DNA of 54,459 nucleotides, from contig JADFGZ010000001.1 in the NCBI GenBank assembly GCA_022567475.1, positions 1 through 54,459 on the forward strand, in the 5' to 3' direction. The notes under the pieces were generated by a model. The model had not been told where the DNA came from and did not search any database. It saw only the letters and a program-made list of their open reading frames with translations. The DNA is from Acidobacteriota bacterium (lineage in GTDB: Bacteria; Acidobacteriota; Terriglobia; 2-12-FULL-54-10). This document shows, in pieces, positions 9,568 through 19,443 of this stretch (position 1 is the stretch's first letter; the number at the start of each line of letters is the position of its first letter). The position numbers were made by a program, and so were the translations under genes.

Positions 9568-10542
9568 TTACTGCTGAATCTTCAGCGGAATGTTCAGCAG
9601 CATGGGTTCGCCCGGCTTGATCTCCAAGCGGTACATGGTTTGCGGAAGAGGCTCATCGTGCGTCAGCAGGCGTGTCCGGTCCGTGGCGGCTTCTTTCTCG
9701 GCTTTCGTGTAGGACTTGCCTATTTGCCCCCGCGCCTCCAGGCGCTGGACTTTGGAGCCCCAGCGATTTTCCCAAGCCACGACCTCGTCCTGTGTAAGCC
9801 GGAGCGGATCGCGCCGAATCCTCAGACCTGGCAGGGGATCGGGCGTTATCAGAATGGTCAACACTTCCGCTGTCTGATCGGGCCGGCTCGGCTGCATGGT
9901 GAAGTAGCGCGGACGGTCGTCCCAGGCGGGAATTTCAACCAGACGGCCAGCCACCACCTCGTTGTTGCCGCCGTGCGTCCGCAGGGTGGGGAAGATCAGG
10001 AAGGGAGTGCCGAAGGAGCCGTCTGCATACTGCTCCCGGTCGATCACATAGAGGTAGCCGGAGCGGGCCGCCTCGATGCTGACCCGTACCTTCTCTCCTT
10101 CCCGCAGCGGGGTCTCGGCCTCGATGCGCTCCGGGGTTAAATCCCCTCCCCCGTCCAGGGAGGAGATGCGCATGTCTTTGTCGTCCTCCGGGAGGGAGGG
10201 ACGCAGGCGCCAGACGGTGATGCCCACCAGCGAATCACCAGGGTCCTCTTCGCCCAACTGTAGCGGCGGGGCCGCCGGGGAGTTCGGCGCCGCCGTGGCC
10301 GTCGAAGTGGAAGTGGAGGCCGGTGTTGGCGCGGCGGGCCGCTTGGCGCGAAACGCCGTGTTCCACAGTTGCCGCGTGCGGTCTTCCGAGGACGTTTGCT
10401 GGGCTGCGGCGGGGGAATGCCCCAATGCCAATAGCAATACGAACGCTGCCGGTCCCAAAGCTCTGAAATCAACAAGGCTTGGTTTGTTTGTCATAATTGT
10501 GCCTCTTATTGGTTTTCCAATCATTGGGGGAATCCAATTCAA
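9568..10542 (-). CDS. Secreted DUF4384-domain protein
   Basis: Signal-like 'AAFVLLLALGHSPAAAQQ'. C-terminal module 'GEKVRVSIEAARSGYLYVIDREQYADGSFGTPFLIFPT...VVAGRLVEIP...EVLTILITPDPL' matches the DUF4384 pattern. The start overlaps the stop of the upstream kinase gene (10539-10542). Alternative start 10494. Confidence 0.7.
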   Translation of the reverse strand: MNWIPPMIGKPIRGTIMTNKPSLVDFRALGPAAFVLLLALGHSPAAAQQTSSEDRTRQLWNTAFRAKRPAAPTPASTSTSTATAAPNSPAAPPLQLGEEDPGDSLVGITVWRLRPSLPEDDKDMRISSLDGGGDLTPERIEAETPLREGEKVRVSIEAARSGYLYVIDREQYADGSFGTPFLIFPTLRTHGGNNEVVAGRLVEIPAWDDRPRYFTMQPSRPDQTAEVLTILITPDPLPGLRIRRDPLRLTQDEVVAWENRWGSKVQRLEARGQIGKSYTKAEKEAATDRTRLLTHDEPLPQTMYRLEIKPGEPMLLNIPLKIQQ

Positions 10543-12908
10543 TGGTGCTCCAAATTCAACAACCTGACCAAAACATCACCGTTTCCCTGGACGTTTGTCT
10601 GTTTGCTTACATCATCTCGTTCCACAACGGGGGGCGATTCGCTATATTTCTCCAGAAACGCCTGGATCGCTCGAGTCAGCTCCGGGTCATCTATAACCCC
10701 CATATGCTCTGCATCGGCAAATTCCTTGACGGCCTCCAGTTCGGCAACGCTTTTAGCGGCCCAGATCATCCACAATTTTTCCGTCCCCGCCTGCTCGTCA
10801 AATTGTATCCAATACTCCTGTTCGGCGGGTATCTGAATCCTCTGATCCGCAGTCAGCAAGGCCGGCTGACCCTCGCTCGGAAACATGACGTTGTAACTGG
10901 GCATTCCGGCTTCCATCACCGGCCCTTCGTTGAGGATGTAGAGATATCCGGCTTGCGGGCTGCTGATGACCAAGCGGATGGCATAGTCGGCCTCAAAGAT
11001 GATTTCGCCCGGCAGCGGGAAGGGCTCCCGGAAGGGCACGCCGTCCCGGTACCGCTGCACGATGATGGAGTAGCTGAACATGCGCTCCGGCACGGAAACT
11101 GCCGCAGGCGGAGCAGGCTCGGAGGGGGCGGGTGGATCGGAGGAGCGGTTGAAAATTCCAATGCCGATTCCCGCCGCGAGCAATACAGCAACGGCGATAG
11201 CAGCCGCAATGAGAGCCGGTTTTTTCTTGCTGGCCTCGGCGGCTCCGCCGGGAAGCTTCCGCCGGGCGGAGGCCCTCCGGCCCGCCGCGCCGGAGCGCAT
11301 CTTCTGCGGTAATTCCCGGTTGCCGGCATCCTCCGTGCAGAGGTTGAAAAGGTGGACCCGCACGCCGTGCTTGACCTCTTGCTCCCCGAGGTCCTCGAGA
11401 TGCGATGACCAATCGCTCAGTTGCGCCAGGACCTCCGCCACGGCGCGGGAGAGGATGATGTGCCCCGCATCGCCTGAGTCCATGACCCGCTGGGCCATAT
11501 TGATCCCGCCGCCGGCCACGTTTCTGTTGGCGTTGATGTCCGCCACGCGGTACACGGGTCCGGTATGGACCCCGATGCGCAGCTTGATGTCCGGGTAGTC
11601 CTTCAAGGAGCGGCTGATCTCGGTGGCGCATTTGACCGGCGAGACTGGATCGCGGAAAAACACCAGCGCCATGCCGTCTCCGGTCGGCAGCTTAATCAGT
11701 TCGTCGTTTTCCTGCGCGCGCTGGAATTCCTCCGAGCTGGAGATCACATCCTGCAGTTGCTGGAGATACTGCGTCTGGCGGTCCATCGGCAGCAGGGAGT
11801 AGCCCACGATATCCGTAAAAAGGATGTGGGCCATCTCCAAGGAGGGCTGTTTTCCCGGTGTCGTCTTCTGGGGCGCGGAACCGGTGAGGGGCGCGGTGCC
11901 GGGATATGCGGAGGTCTCACGCGGGGCGGTTTGCACAGATCCTGCCCCGCTTGCCACGGCGCGGGCGAACTCCTCGCCAAATTCCCGTGCGCGGGCGTGC
12001 CGCTGTTTTGCGTCGAACGAGAGCGCCTTTAAGATGCAGTCCTGCGCCGCCGGAGGCAGGCTGGAGTTGAACTCGCGCGGCATGGCTTTGACCCCTGCCT
12101 GCTGCAGAACGTACAGTTGTGCCGGCGAGTCCGGGTTGTAAGGCCGCCGCCCGGTGACCATCTCGTAGGCGATGACGCCGAGCGAATAGATGTCGCTGGC
12201 GCTGATGGGCTGCCCCAGGAGCTGCTCCGGAGCCATATAGGAGCCCGACCCGGCAACCCGCGTGGCCTCGGACCCGGCTGCCGCCTGCGACTCCATCACT
12301 GTGGCGATTCCAAAGTCGATGATTTTCACCAGCTCCTCGCCGTCCCCCAAATCTTGCAGCATGACGTTTTCCGGCTTCAGGTCGCGATGATAAACGCCGC
12401 GGTCATGAGCGGCGGTGAGCGCATGGCCGATCCCTCGCACGATCTGCGCGATGCGCGGGAGGGGAACCTGCTGGCTCTTCATCACGTCCCGCAGCGTCAG
12501 CCCATCCACGTATTGCATCACCAGAAAGGGTTTCCCGTCCGGCATTTCCCCGGCGTCCAGCACGCCCACAATTCCCGGATGGTCGATGCGGGAGAGGGCT
12601 TCTCTTTCCTGGCGGAATTTCTTGGTGAACCAGGCGCTGTCGGCCGATTGTTTTTCGAGCAGGACCTTAATCACCACCAGCCGGGAGTGCAGTTGCTCGT
12701 CCTTCGCCAGATAGACTATGCCAAACCCCCCGCGCCCCAGTTCCCGCTCAATTCGGTAGCGATCCTTGATCTTGACTCCGGCGTAGGGCAGCTCTTGCGC
12801 CAGGGGGGCGGTATTCACAACCTGGGTGGCCTCGGCGGCTGGGTCGGCGGCAACAGTGAGTTCCTGGTCGCTGGTGGTTTTCTGGTCTGGCTGGCCATCT
12901 GTCGGCAT
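10539..12908 (-). CDS. Ser/Thr protein kinase, class III adenylate/guanylate cyclase, TM segment and extracytoplasmic DUF4384 fusion
   Basis: Kinase motifs 'GRGGFGIVYLA', 'VVIKVL', 'HRDLKPENVML', 'DFGIA', 'APE'. Cyclase motifs 'ILFTDIVGYS', 'GDGMALVF', 'LRIGVHTGPV', 'NVAGGGINMAQRV'. TM 'LIAAAIAVAVLLAAGIGIGIF'. DUF4384-like 'AGYLYILNEG...MFPSEG...IQIPAEQ'. Preferred start ATG 12908; the ORF is open to 13016. Confidence 0.85.
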   Translation of the reverse strand: MPTDGQPDQKTTSDQELTVAADPAAEATQVVNTAPLAQELPYAGVKIKDRYRIERELGRGGFGIVYLAKDEQLHSRLVVIKVLLEKQSADSAWFTKKFRQEREALSRIDHPGIVGVLDAGEMPDGKPFLVMQYVDGLTLRDVMKSQQVPLPRIAQIVRGIGHALTAAHDRGVYHRDLKPENVMLQDLGDGEELVKIIDFGIATVMESQAAAGSEATRVAGSGSYMAPEQLLGQPISASDIYSLGVIAYEMVTGRRPYNPDSPAQLYVLQQAGVKAMPREFNSSLPPAAQDCILKALSFDAKQRHARAREFGEEFARAVASGAGSVQTAPRETSAYPGTAPLTGSAPQKTTPGKQPSLEMAHILFTDIVGYSLLPMDRQTQYLQQLQDVISSSEEFQRAQENDELIKLPTGDGMALVFFRDPVSPVKCATEISRSLKDYPDIKLRIGVHTGPVYRVADINANRNVAGGGINMAQRVMDSGDAGHIILSRAVAEVLAQLSDWSSHLEDLGEQEVKHGVRVHLFNLCTEDAGNRELPQKMRSGAAGRRASARRKLPGGAAEASKKKPALIAAAIAVAVLLAAGIGIGIFNRSSDPPAPSEPAPPAAVSVPERMFSYSIIVQRYRDGVPFREPFPLPGEIIFEADYAIRLVISSPQAGYLYILNEGPVMEAGMPSYNVMFPSEGQPALLTADQRIQIPAEQEYWIQFDEQAGTEKLWMIWAAKSVAELEAVKEFADAEHMGVIDDPELTRAIQAFLEKYSESPPVVERDDVSKQTNVQGNGDVLVRLLNLEHH

Positions 12909-13122
12909 AAAGAACTCCGGCGGTGAACGGCTCTGAATCGACGGCGAAGCCTTCCCCACCCTGGGGGGATATCTACTGATAATAAATCTCTTCAGCGAGC
13001 TTGACAAGAGGGACATTCGCGATCTTCTTTTCGGCGGTGCTCTTTACAGCACGCCGCCGGTCTGCTATTTTGCAGCCTTAGTTCTCGCATCTTGGGTTGT
13101 AGTGGTTGAGGACTGTTTAAAG

Positions 13123-16100
13123 ATGCCACGGTGGCAGATGCATTTATCCGCGCTGATCATGCTACCTCGCCTTAAAATCGCCGGCGGCAACCTCCTGTGC
13201 CGGGCGGTTATTGTCGGACTGGCAGCGCTCCTTTTTCTGGCTGTTCCTTCCTTGTCCCGCGCCCAGGGTGTCATTTCCACTGTGGCGGGCACTACCTGGA
13301 GCTTTTCCGGCGACGGGGGCCCGGCCACGGATGCGCCCTTGGGCTTTCTGCGTGGAGTGGCGGTGGATGCGGCAGGGAACGTCTTCGCGGCCGATAGCGA
13401 CAATCACCTGGTCGTGAAGATTTCCCCTGCCGGTGTTCTCACCGTGGTGGCGGGAAACGGATTCGCCGGCTATTCCGGCGATGGCGGCCCGGCCACCAGC
13501 GCTTCTTTATTTTCACCGTTTGACGTTGCAGTGGATTCAGCCGGCAATTTATTTATTGCCGACCGGGACAATCACCTCATTCGCAAAGTCGGCGCCGATG
13601 GGATGATCACTACAGTAGCCGGCGTTGGATTGCCGGACTTTTTCGGCGATGACGGTCCGGCCCTATTTGCCGCGCTGGATGGCCCCACCGGTGTGGCGGT
13701 GGATGCGGCCGGCAACATTTATATCGCTGACCGGAACAATAACCTTGTCCGCAAAGTCGGCGCCGATGGAATCATCACCACTGTGGTGGGCAACGGGGAT
13801 TTCTCCTTTGCGGGAGACGGCGGCCTAGCCACCGACGCCGCGCTCGATCCCCAAGGCGTGGCGGTCGATGCGGCCGGCAACCTGTATGTTGCCGACAACG
13901 TCAACGCGCGCATCCGCAAGATCGATACCAGCAGCGGGATCATTACCACCGTAGCCGGCACGGGCGAAAAAGGGTTTTCGGGCGATGACGGTCCCGCTAC
14001 CAGCGCCATGCTGAATATTCCAAACGATGTGGCGGTGGATGGGGCCGGAAACCTTTTTATTGCCGACCTCTTAAACGACCGCATCCGCAAGGTGGACTTG
14101 AATGGAATTATTACCACCGTAGCGGGCAACGGAGTGGATTCGTTTGCAGGGGATGGCGGACCGGCTACAGCGGCCTCGTTGAACGAGCCCGACGATATGG
14201 CGGTAGATGCCGCCGGCAACCTCTACATCGCGGACACCATCAACAGCCGCATCCGTAAGGTTGCCTCTGCGGACGGAACGATTGCCACGCTGGCAGGCAA
14301 CAACGAGTTCAAATTTGCCGGGGACGGGGGGCCGGGCACCCTGGCCGCGCTCGATCTTCCCCAGGGCATCGCGGTGGATGCCGCCGGCAACCTGTTTATT
14401 GCCGACCAGGAAAACCACCGCATCCGCAAGCTCAGCCCGGACGGGACCATCACCACCGTGGTCGGCAATGGAGTATTCAGTTTTTCCGGGGACGGCGGAC
14501 AGGCCGTTGACGCCTCCTTGGGCCGTCCCATTGATGTGGCAGTGGATGCGGCCGGCAACCTCTACATCGCCGAAAAATTCAACAACCGAGTCCGAAAGGT
14601 AAATACCACCGGGATCATCACTACTGTGGCTGGGGATGGGAGCTTCGGCTTTTCCGGCGACGGGGGACAGGCCATCAACGCCTCGCTGGATACACCTCTG
14701 GCCGTGGCGGTGGATGGAAGCGGCAACCTGTACATCTCCGACAACGGGAACAATCGCGTCCGCATGGTTGACGCGAATGGCATTATCACAACTGTGGCGG
14801 GCAACGGGGATTTTTTCCTCATCTTTGATGATCCCGTGCCGGCAACCAGCTCCGAGGTGGATCCCTTGGGCTTGGCAATAGATGCGGCCGGAAACCTGTA
14901 TATTGCAGACAACTTCAACGAACTCGTCCGCAAGGTGGACACCGGCGGGATTATCAGCACTGTGGCCGGCGACGGGTTCTTTGGCTTCTCCGGCGACGGC
15001 GGTCCGGCCACCAGCGCATCGCTAAATGAGCCCACGGATGTGGCGGTGGATGCTGCCGGAAACCTGTATATTACAGACAACTTCAACGAGCGCGTCCGCA
15101 TGGTCGACACCGACGGGATCATCAGCACTGTGGCCGGCGACGGGTTCTCCGGCTTTTTTGGGGACGGCGGTTCGGCAACCAGCGCTTCGCTAGCCAGCCC
15201 CACGGGTGTGGCGGTGGATGGGGCCGGGAACCTTTATATCGCCGGTTCTGAGAGCGACCGCATTCGCAAGGTATCGGTCGCTGCGCCTGCCTTTTCGGTT
15301 TCCCCGGCGCAGTTCAGCTTTTCTGCGCCGGCTGGCGCGCCGGTGGGTGCGGCGCAGCAACTGGCCGTAGGCAGCAGCTTGACAGGGCTGGCGTGGAGCG
15401 CGCAGGCAGCGACGCAAAGCGGCGGCAATTGGCTGCTGCTATCGCCCTCGTTGGGCGCAGCGCCCGGCAGCATCGACGTAAGCGTGGATGCCGGAAGCCT
15501 GGCAACGGGGAGCTACACGGGCACGGTGACGGTAACAGCGCCGGGGGCTTCTCCCTCGACGCAAGTTGTGGCAGTGGATCTGACGGTGACGGCGGCAGCG
15601 GCGGCGGAACTGGCCGTGGAGCCTGTGGCGATGACGTTTGAAGCTGCTTCCGGGTTCGGCAACCCCCCGGCGCAGGAGTTGCGCATCGGTAATGCGGGCG
15701 GGGGCACGCTCAATTGGACGGCGCAGGCCGCGACGGTCGCGGGCGGCAGTTGGCTGAGCGTGTCGCCGGTATCGGGGACGGCCTCGGCCATCTCACCGGC
15801 TATGGTAGAGATCAGCGCCAACGTGGCGGGGCTGGCAGCGCCGGCGGTCTATTCGGGCTCGATCGTGGTGGAGGGGGGAAGCAGCGGGACAAAGACGGTG
15901 GCGGTGACATTGCTGCTGACCCAGGCGACGCAGACGATCCAGCTCAGCCAGAGCGGGCTGCTGTTTACAGGGGTGGAAGGCGGGGGAGTGGCGCCGGTGC
16001 AAACCTTCGGGATTGCGAACGCGGAACAGGGCACGATGAGCTGGACGGCGCAAGCGACGACGGTCTCGGGAGGCGGCTGGCTGACGGTGACGCCGGCCAG

Positions 16101-17727
16101 TGGAACCAGCGTGGCGGGGACGGCGGAGGTGCCGCGCGTGGAGGTAACAGCGAACGCCGGCGGGCTGAGCGCGGGGCAGTACGGCGGGCTGATTCAGATC
16201 GACGCGCCGGGAGCGAGCAACTCGCCGCAGTTTGTGAGCGTGACGCTGAACGTGCTGGCGGCGGGAACCAATCCGGGGATTCAGGTGCGGCCGAGGGGCT
16301 TGATCTTCGTGCGGGAGGCGGGGACCTCCTCGCCGGGCTCGCAAACGGTGCAGGTGGCGACGGCGGCTCCGGGCAGCCTGGAAGTGGTGGCGATTCCGGG
16401 AACCTTCCAGGGTGGGAACTGGCTGGAGGCGGTGCCGAGGAACGTGACGTTCTCGGCGGGGGAACCGAGGACGATCACGGTGCAACCGAAACTGGGCACG
16501 CTGGCTGCTGGAGAATACTTCGGGGCGCTGACGCTGCTGTTCAGCGACCGGACGTCGCAGACGGTGAACGTGCTGTTTGTGGTGACACCGGCCGTAAGCC
16601 CGGCATCGGCGACGGTATCGAGCGTGGAACCGTTGCGCTCGCCCGGCGGTGCGGCGCAGCAGCATTGCGTAGCGCAGAAGCTGTTTACCACAGGCCGGAG
16701 TTTGGGAAGCAATTTTGCCTCGCCGGTGGCGTGGCCGAGCCGGATCGAGGCGCAGGTAAAGGATGACTGCGACAACCTGGTGTCGGATGCGGTGGTGGTC
16801 GTCAGTTTCTCCAACGGCGACCCGCCGCTGGCGCTGCTTCCCCTGGGCCGGGGGATCTATGAAGGCACGTGGAGGCCGGTGCAAAGCGGCGCGGTGCGGA
16901 TCACGGTGAGGGCCGAGCGGACGGCTCTGACGGCGGCGGAGGCGGTGCTGGACGGTCAGGTGACGGACAATCCGGCAGCGCCGGCGTTGTTTGCGGGTGG
17001 GATCGTGAACGCGGCGAGTTTTGCTCCGAACGAAGCGCTGGCGCCGGGCAGCATCGTCTCGGTGTTTGGGCGAAACTTGGCCGAGGGGCTGAACCTGGCC
17101 ACGGAGTTGCCGCTGAGCAGGAGGCTGGGCGGGGCGACGCTGGTGGTGGGCGGGATCGAGCAACCGCTGTTTTTCTCGAGCGAGGGACAGATCAACGCGC
17201 AACTGCCGTTTGATCTGCAGCCGAACAGCCGTCCGCAGGTGGTGGTGCGGACGCAGCGGGGAAGCGGGGCGGAAGTGATCGGGGTGCCGGAGCCGATCAC
17301 GATTGCGGCGGCTAGGCCGGGGATCTTTGCGCTGAATGCCGCGGGCACGGGCCAGGGGGCCATACTGATTGCGGCAACGGGAGAGGTGGCGGCGGCGAGC
17401 GGAAGCATTCCCGGGCGGGCGGCGCGGCCCGCCAACAGCGGAGATTTCCTTTCGATCTTCTGCACCGGACTGGGGGCGGTCACGAACCCGCCGGCGAGCG
17501 GAGCCCCGGCGGCAGGCGATCCGCTGTCGATAACGATGGCGACCCCAAGCGTAACGATAGACGGGGTGCCGGCGAGGGTGACGTTCTCCGGGCTGGCGCC
17601 GGGCTTTGTAGGGCTCTATCAGGTGAACGTGGAGGTTCCCCAGGAAGTCTCCCCCGGCGCGGCGGTCCCCCTGATGCTCACCATCAGCGGCGTCCCCTCC
17701 AACACCGTGACCATTGCGGTCGAGTAG
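13123..17727 (+). CDS. Giant secreted NHL-repeat protein: 12 NHL blades, about 4 BACON/Ig-like domains and a TIGR03437-like C-terminal domain
   Basis: Signal-like 'AVIVGLAALLFLAVPSLSRAQG'. Twelve repeats of '..GDGGPAT.A.L..P.GVAVDAAGNLYIAD..N.RIRKV...G.I.TVAG'. Four repeats of the type '...W.AQA.T..GG.WL.V.P..G'. Tail 'GIVNAASF...PGSIVSVFG.NL...GLYQVNVEVP...TISGVPSNTVTIAVE' is typical of the Solibacter-type C-terminal domain. Confidence 0.85.
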   Translation: MPRWQMHLSALIMLPRLKIAGGNLLCRAVIVGLAALLFLAVPSLSRAQGVISTVAGTTWSFSGDGGPATDAPLGFLRGVAVDAAGNVFAADSDNHLVVKISPAGVLTVVAGNGFAGYSGDGGPATSASLFSPFDVAVDSAGNLFIADRDNHLIRKVGADGMITTVAGVGLPDFFGDDGPALFAALDGPTGVAVDAAGNIYIADRNNNLVRKVGADGIITTVVGNGDFSFAGDGGLATDAALDPQGVAVDAAGNLYVADNVNARIRKIDTSSGIITTVAGTGEKGFSGDDGPATSAMLNIPNDVAVDGAGNLFIADLLNDRIRKVDLNGIITTVAGNGVDSFAGDGGPATAASLNEPDDMAVDAAGNLYIADTINSRIRKVASADGTIATLAGNNEFKFAGDGGPGTLAALDLPQGIAVDAAGNLFIADQENHRIRKLSPDGTITTVVGNGVFSFSGDGGQAVDASLGRPIDVAVDAAGNLYIAEKFNNRVRKVNTTGIITTVAGDGSFGFSGDGGQAINASLDTPLAVAVDGSGNLYISDNGNNRVRMVDANGIITTVAGNGDFFLIFDDPVPATSSEVDPLGLAIDAAGNLYIADNFNELVRKVDTGGIISTVAGDGFFGFSGDGGPATSASLNEPTDVAVDAAGNLYITDNFNERVRMVDTDGIISTVAGDGFSGFFGDGGSATSASLASPTGVAVDGAGNLYIAGSESDRIRKVSVAAPAFSVSPAQFSFSAPAGAPVGAAQQLAVGSSLTGLAWSAQAATQSGGNWLLLSPSLGAAPGSIDVSVDAGSLATGSYTGTVTVTAPGASPSTQVVAVDLTVTAAAAAELAVEPVAMTFEAASGFGNPPAQELRIGNAGGGTLNWTAQAATVAGGSWLSVSPVSGTASAISPAMVEISANVAGLAAPAVYSGSIVVEGGSSGTKTVAVTLLLTQATQTIQLSQSGLLFTGVEGGGVAPVQTFGIANAEQGTMSWTAQATTVSGGGWLTVTPASGTSVAGTAEVPRVEVTANAGGLSAGQYGGLIQIDAPGASNSPQFVSVTLNVLAAGTNPGIQVRPRGLIFVREAGTSSPGSQTVQVATAAPGSLEVVAIPGTFQGGNWLEAVPRNVTFSAGEPRTITVQPKLGTLAAGEYFGALTLLFSDRTSQTVNVLFVVTPAVSPASATVSSVEPLRSPGGAAQQHCVAQKLFTTGRSLGSNFASPVAWPSRIEAQVKDDCDNLVSDAVVVVSFSNGDPPLALLPLGRGIYEGTWRPVQSGAVRITVRAERTALTAAEAVLDGQVTDNPAAPALFAGGIVNAASFAPNEALAPGSIVSVFGRNLAEGLNLATELPLSRRLGGATLVVGGIEQPLFFSSEGQINAQLPFDLQPNSRPQVVVRTQRGSGAEVIGVPEPITIAAARPGIFALNAAGTGQGAILIAATGEVAAASGSIPGRAARPANSGDFLSIFCTGLGAVTNPPASGAPAAGDPLSITMATPSVTIDGVPARVTFSGLAPGFVGLYQVNVEVPQEVSPGAAVPLMLTISGVPSNTVTIAVE
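13267..15275 (+). repeat. Twelve tandem ~56-codon NHL repeat units (coding repeats)
   Basis: The core 'AVDAAGN[LI][YF]IAD' recurs 12 times at roughly 170-nt spacing, which would give two six-bladed propellers. Confidence 0.8.
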
Positions 17728-17802
17728 CGCGTGACCACCGCATTAACAACCACCATAGCATCCAACAGCCTCACCACTCTTTTTAGGCGAAGCCTTGCCT
17801 CG

Positions 17803-19293
17803 CTATTGTGGATAGCGAAAGACTACCTGTAATTCCTCTCTCCAATTTTCATTGAGTCCGACGCAAACGGTTTCGACGGAAGGGGAGAAGTAGCGGAGAA
17901 TGGTTTCACAGGCGGAATGAAACTGCAGAGCGGGGCTCACCAACAGCAAAAGCGGAGGTTGCAAACTGACTCCCCGGACGCGGAAGGCTCCCCGGCGCTC
18001 AAATTCTCCGCGCTGCAAATGCCGGCAAACTCTCATCCAGTAATCCAGCGCCTGCAAAGGCAGATGGATGTCCTCAGAAGCTTTCAGTTCCACCACAACC
18101 AGACGCCCCTTCGAATTCACCGCAAGCAAATCAATCAACCCGCGCTCGGTTCCGGAAGCAGCGGGCACCTGCGCATAGGTTTCGACCGGTGTGAGATCAT
18201 GCCCCAGGATGGCGATTTGCTGCGCCAGCAGGCTTTGCATCCACCTCTCTGGCTGGAGCCGGAAGAAGGGATGCAGAAGGTCTTCCGGTCGGCCTTGGCG
18301 ATAGCGGAGGATTTTTGCCACCAGCGCCTGTAATTCGTTCCATGTGCGTTCCTCCAGCACAGTTTCCGAGCGGCCCACCCCAAAGACCATCCCTGCTGGC
18401 GTTGATCTGGCAAAGGGGAGTCCTCGCACAGCCAGCACGCAGTGGCCGTCACGGCCGAGTCGTTCCTCAATTGCCGGGCTCAAAGCTTTGATTTGTTCGG
18501 TCCACCTGTCAAAGGCGTGCGGGAGTGGCGGCCGTTCCGCCGCCACCCGGAGGCTGGTCGTCAAATTACCCACGTCAGCCGGATCGCAGCGGCGGACCTC
18601 CTCTGCGGTTTCATAAACCTCCCATCGGGCCAGTTTGGAGTCCATCCATGCCAATCGTTCCAGTGTTGTCTGGGCTCTTTCGGACGGCACAAAAATTTTT
18701 AGTCCTTCTATCACGAGGGCCGATTTTTGTTGCCGCAGCCAATCGAGCCAAATGAGCCCGTAGGTCAAGATTCCCTCTGCGGCGGAAGAGTCTTCCTGTT
18801 CTCCCGCGCCGATTACCGCCCAGGCCTGCTGCCCTCGCGTGAGGAGCCCGCGGGTATAGCGGCCAGAGAAGGAATGTTCCAGGTCTGTCTCGGAAGTAAG
18901 CTGTGCGATCTTCCAAAGAGGGAAAAGCTGGGCCAAGAATCGCCGAAGCCTTTGGGCATAACGGGTGCGTTCACTCCGCCGGTCCAGTTGTGCCGGCCCC
19001 GCGCGCGATTCGGCAAGAATCAGAGTGCCGGGCGGTCCCTTTCCGAACTTCTGAAACTGAAGCTCCATGCGGCCGGCAGTTTCCTTCTTGATGCTGGTGA
19101 TTTGCCGAACGAGGTTGGTTTGATCGTTCCAAACGTGGCACAGCAGTTTGTTGTACTCCGTAGTGAGCGAATAGTGACTTGCGGAGAGATCGACCACCTC
19201 GCGACCGGGATCGGTCAGGACAGGGTGGTGCAGTGCCAGCAGAAACAGTTCGATCTTTTCCTTTAGGGCTTCCAGTGAACCGCTCGGCTGCAT
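17803..19293 (-). CDS. Hypothetical protein with C-terminal NucS/PD-(D/E)xK-like nuclease motif
   Basis: 496-aa ORF. The C-terminal 'ERGLIDLLAVNSKGRLVVVELKASEDIHLPLQALDYW' matches the D...(E/V)xK core and following helix of NucS/DUF91-type endonucleases. The N-terminal ~380 aa are unrecognised. Confidence 0.6.
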   Translation of the reverse strand: MQPSGSLEALKEKIELFLLALHHPVLTDPGREVVDLSASHYSLTTEYNKLLCHVWNDQTNLVRQITSIKKETAGRMELQFQKFGKGPPGTLILAESRAGPAQLDRRSERTRYAQRLRRFLAQLFPLWKIAQLTSETDLEHSFSGRYTRGLLTRGQQAWAVIGAGEQEDSSAAEGILTYGLIWLDWLRQQKSALVIEGLKIFVPSERAQTTLERLAWMDSKLARWEVYETAEEVRRCDPADVGNLTTSLRVAAERPPLPHAFDRWTEQIKALSPAIEERLGRDGHCVLAVRGLPFARSTPAGMVFGVGRSETVLEERTWNELQALVAKILRYRQGRPEDLLHPFFRLQPERWMQSLLAQQIAILGHDLTPVETYAQVPAASGTERGLIDLLAVNSKGRLVVVELKASEDIHLPLQALDYWMRVCRHLQRGEFERRGAFRVRGVSLQPPLLLLVSPALQFHSACETILRYFSPSVETVCVGLNENWREELQVVFRYPQ

Positions 19294-19443
19294 GGGGGGT
19301 AATTATAACTCTCCCAGCCACCGTTTTGGTTTTTGGCGATTGGCCTGCGCGCGGGATGGATCGGGATGTCCTTTATTTCATGGAGTTGAATTTTGAGGAC
19401 TCCAATGCTAACATCGCAATCAGCGAAGCTTTGAGGAGGTTCG

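Noticed and set aside
13267-15275. Regularly spaced DNA repeats that might be mistaken for a CRISPR-like array.
   Set aside because: The period is about 170 nt and the repeats lie entirely inside one long ORF. They translate to NHL blades. There is no short-repeat/unique-spacer structure.
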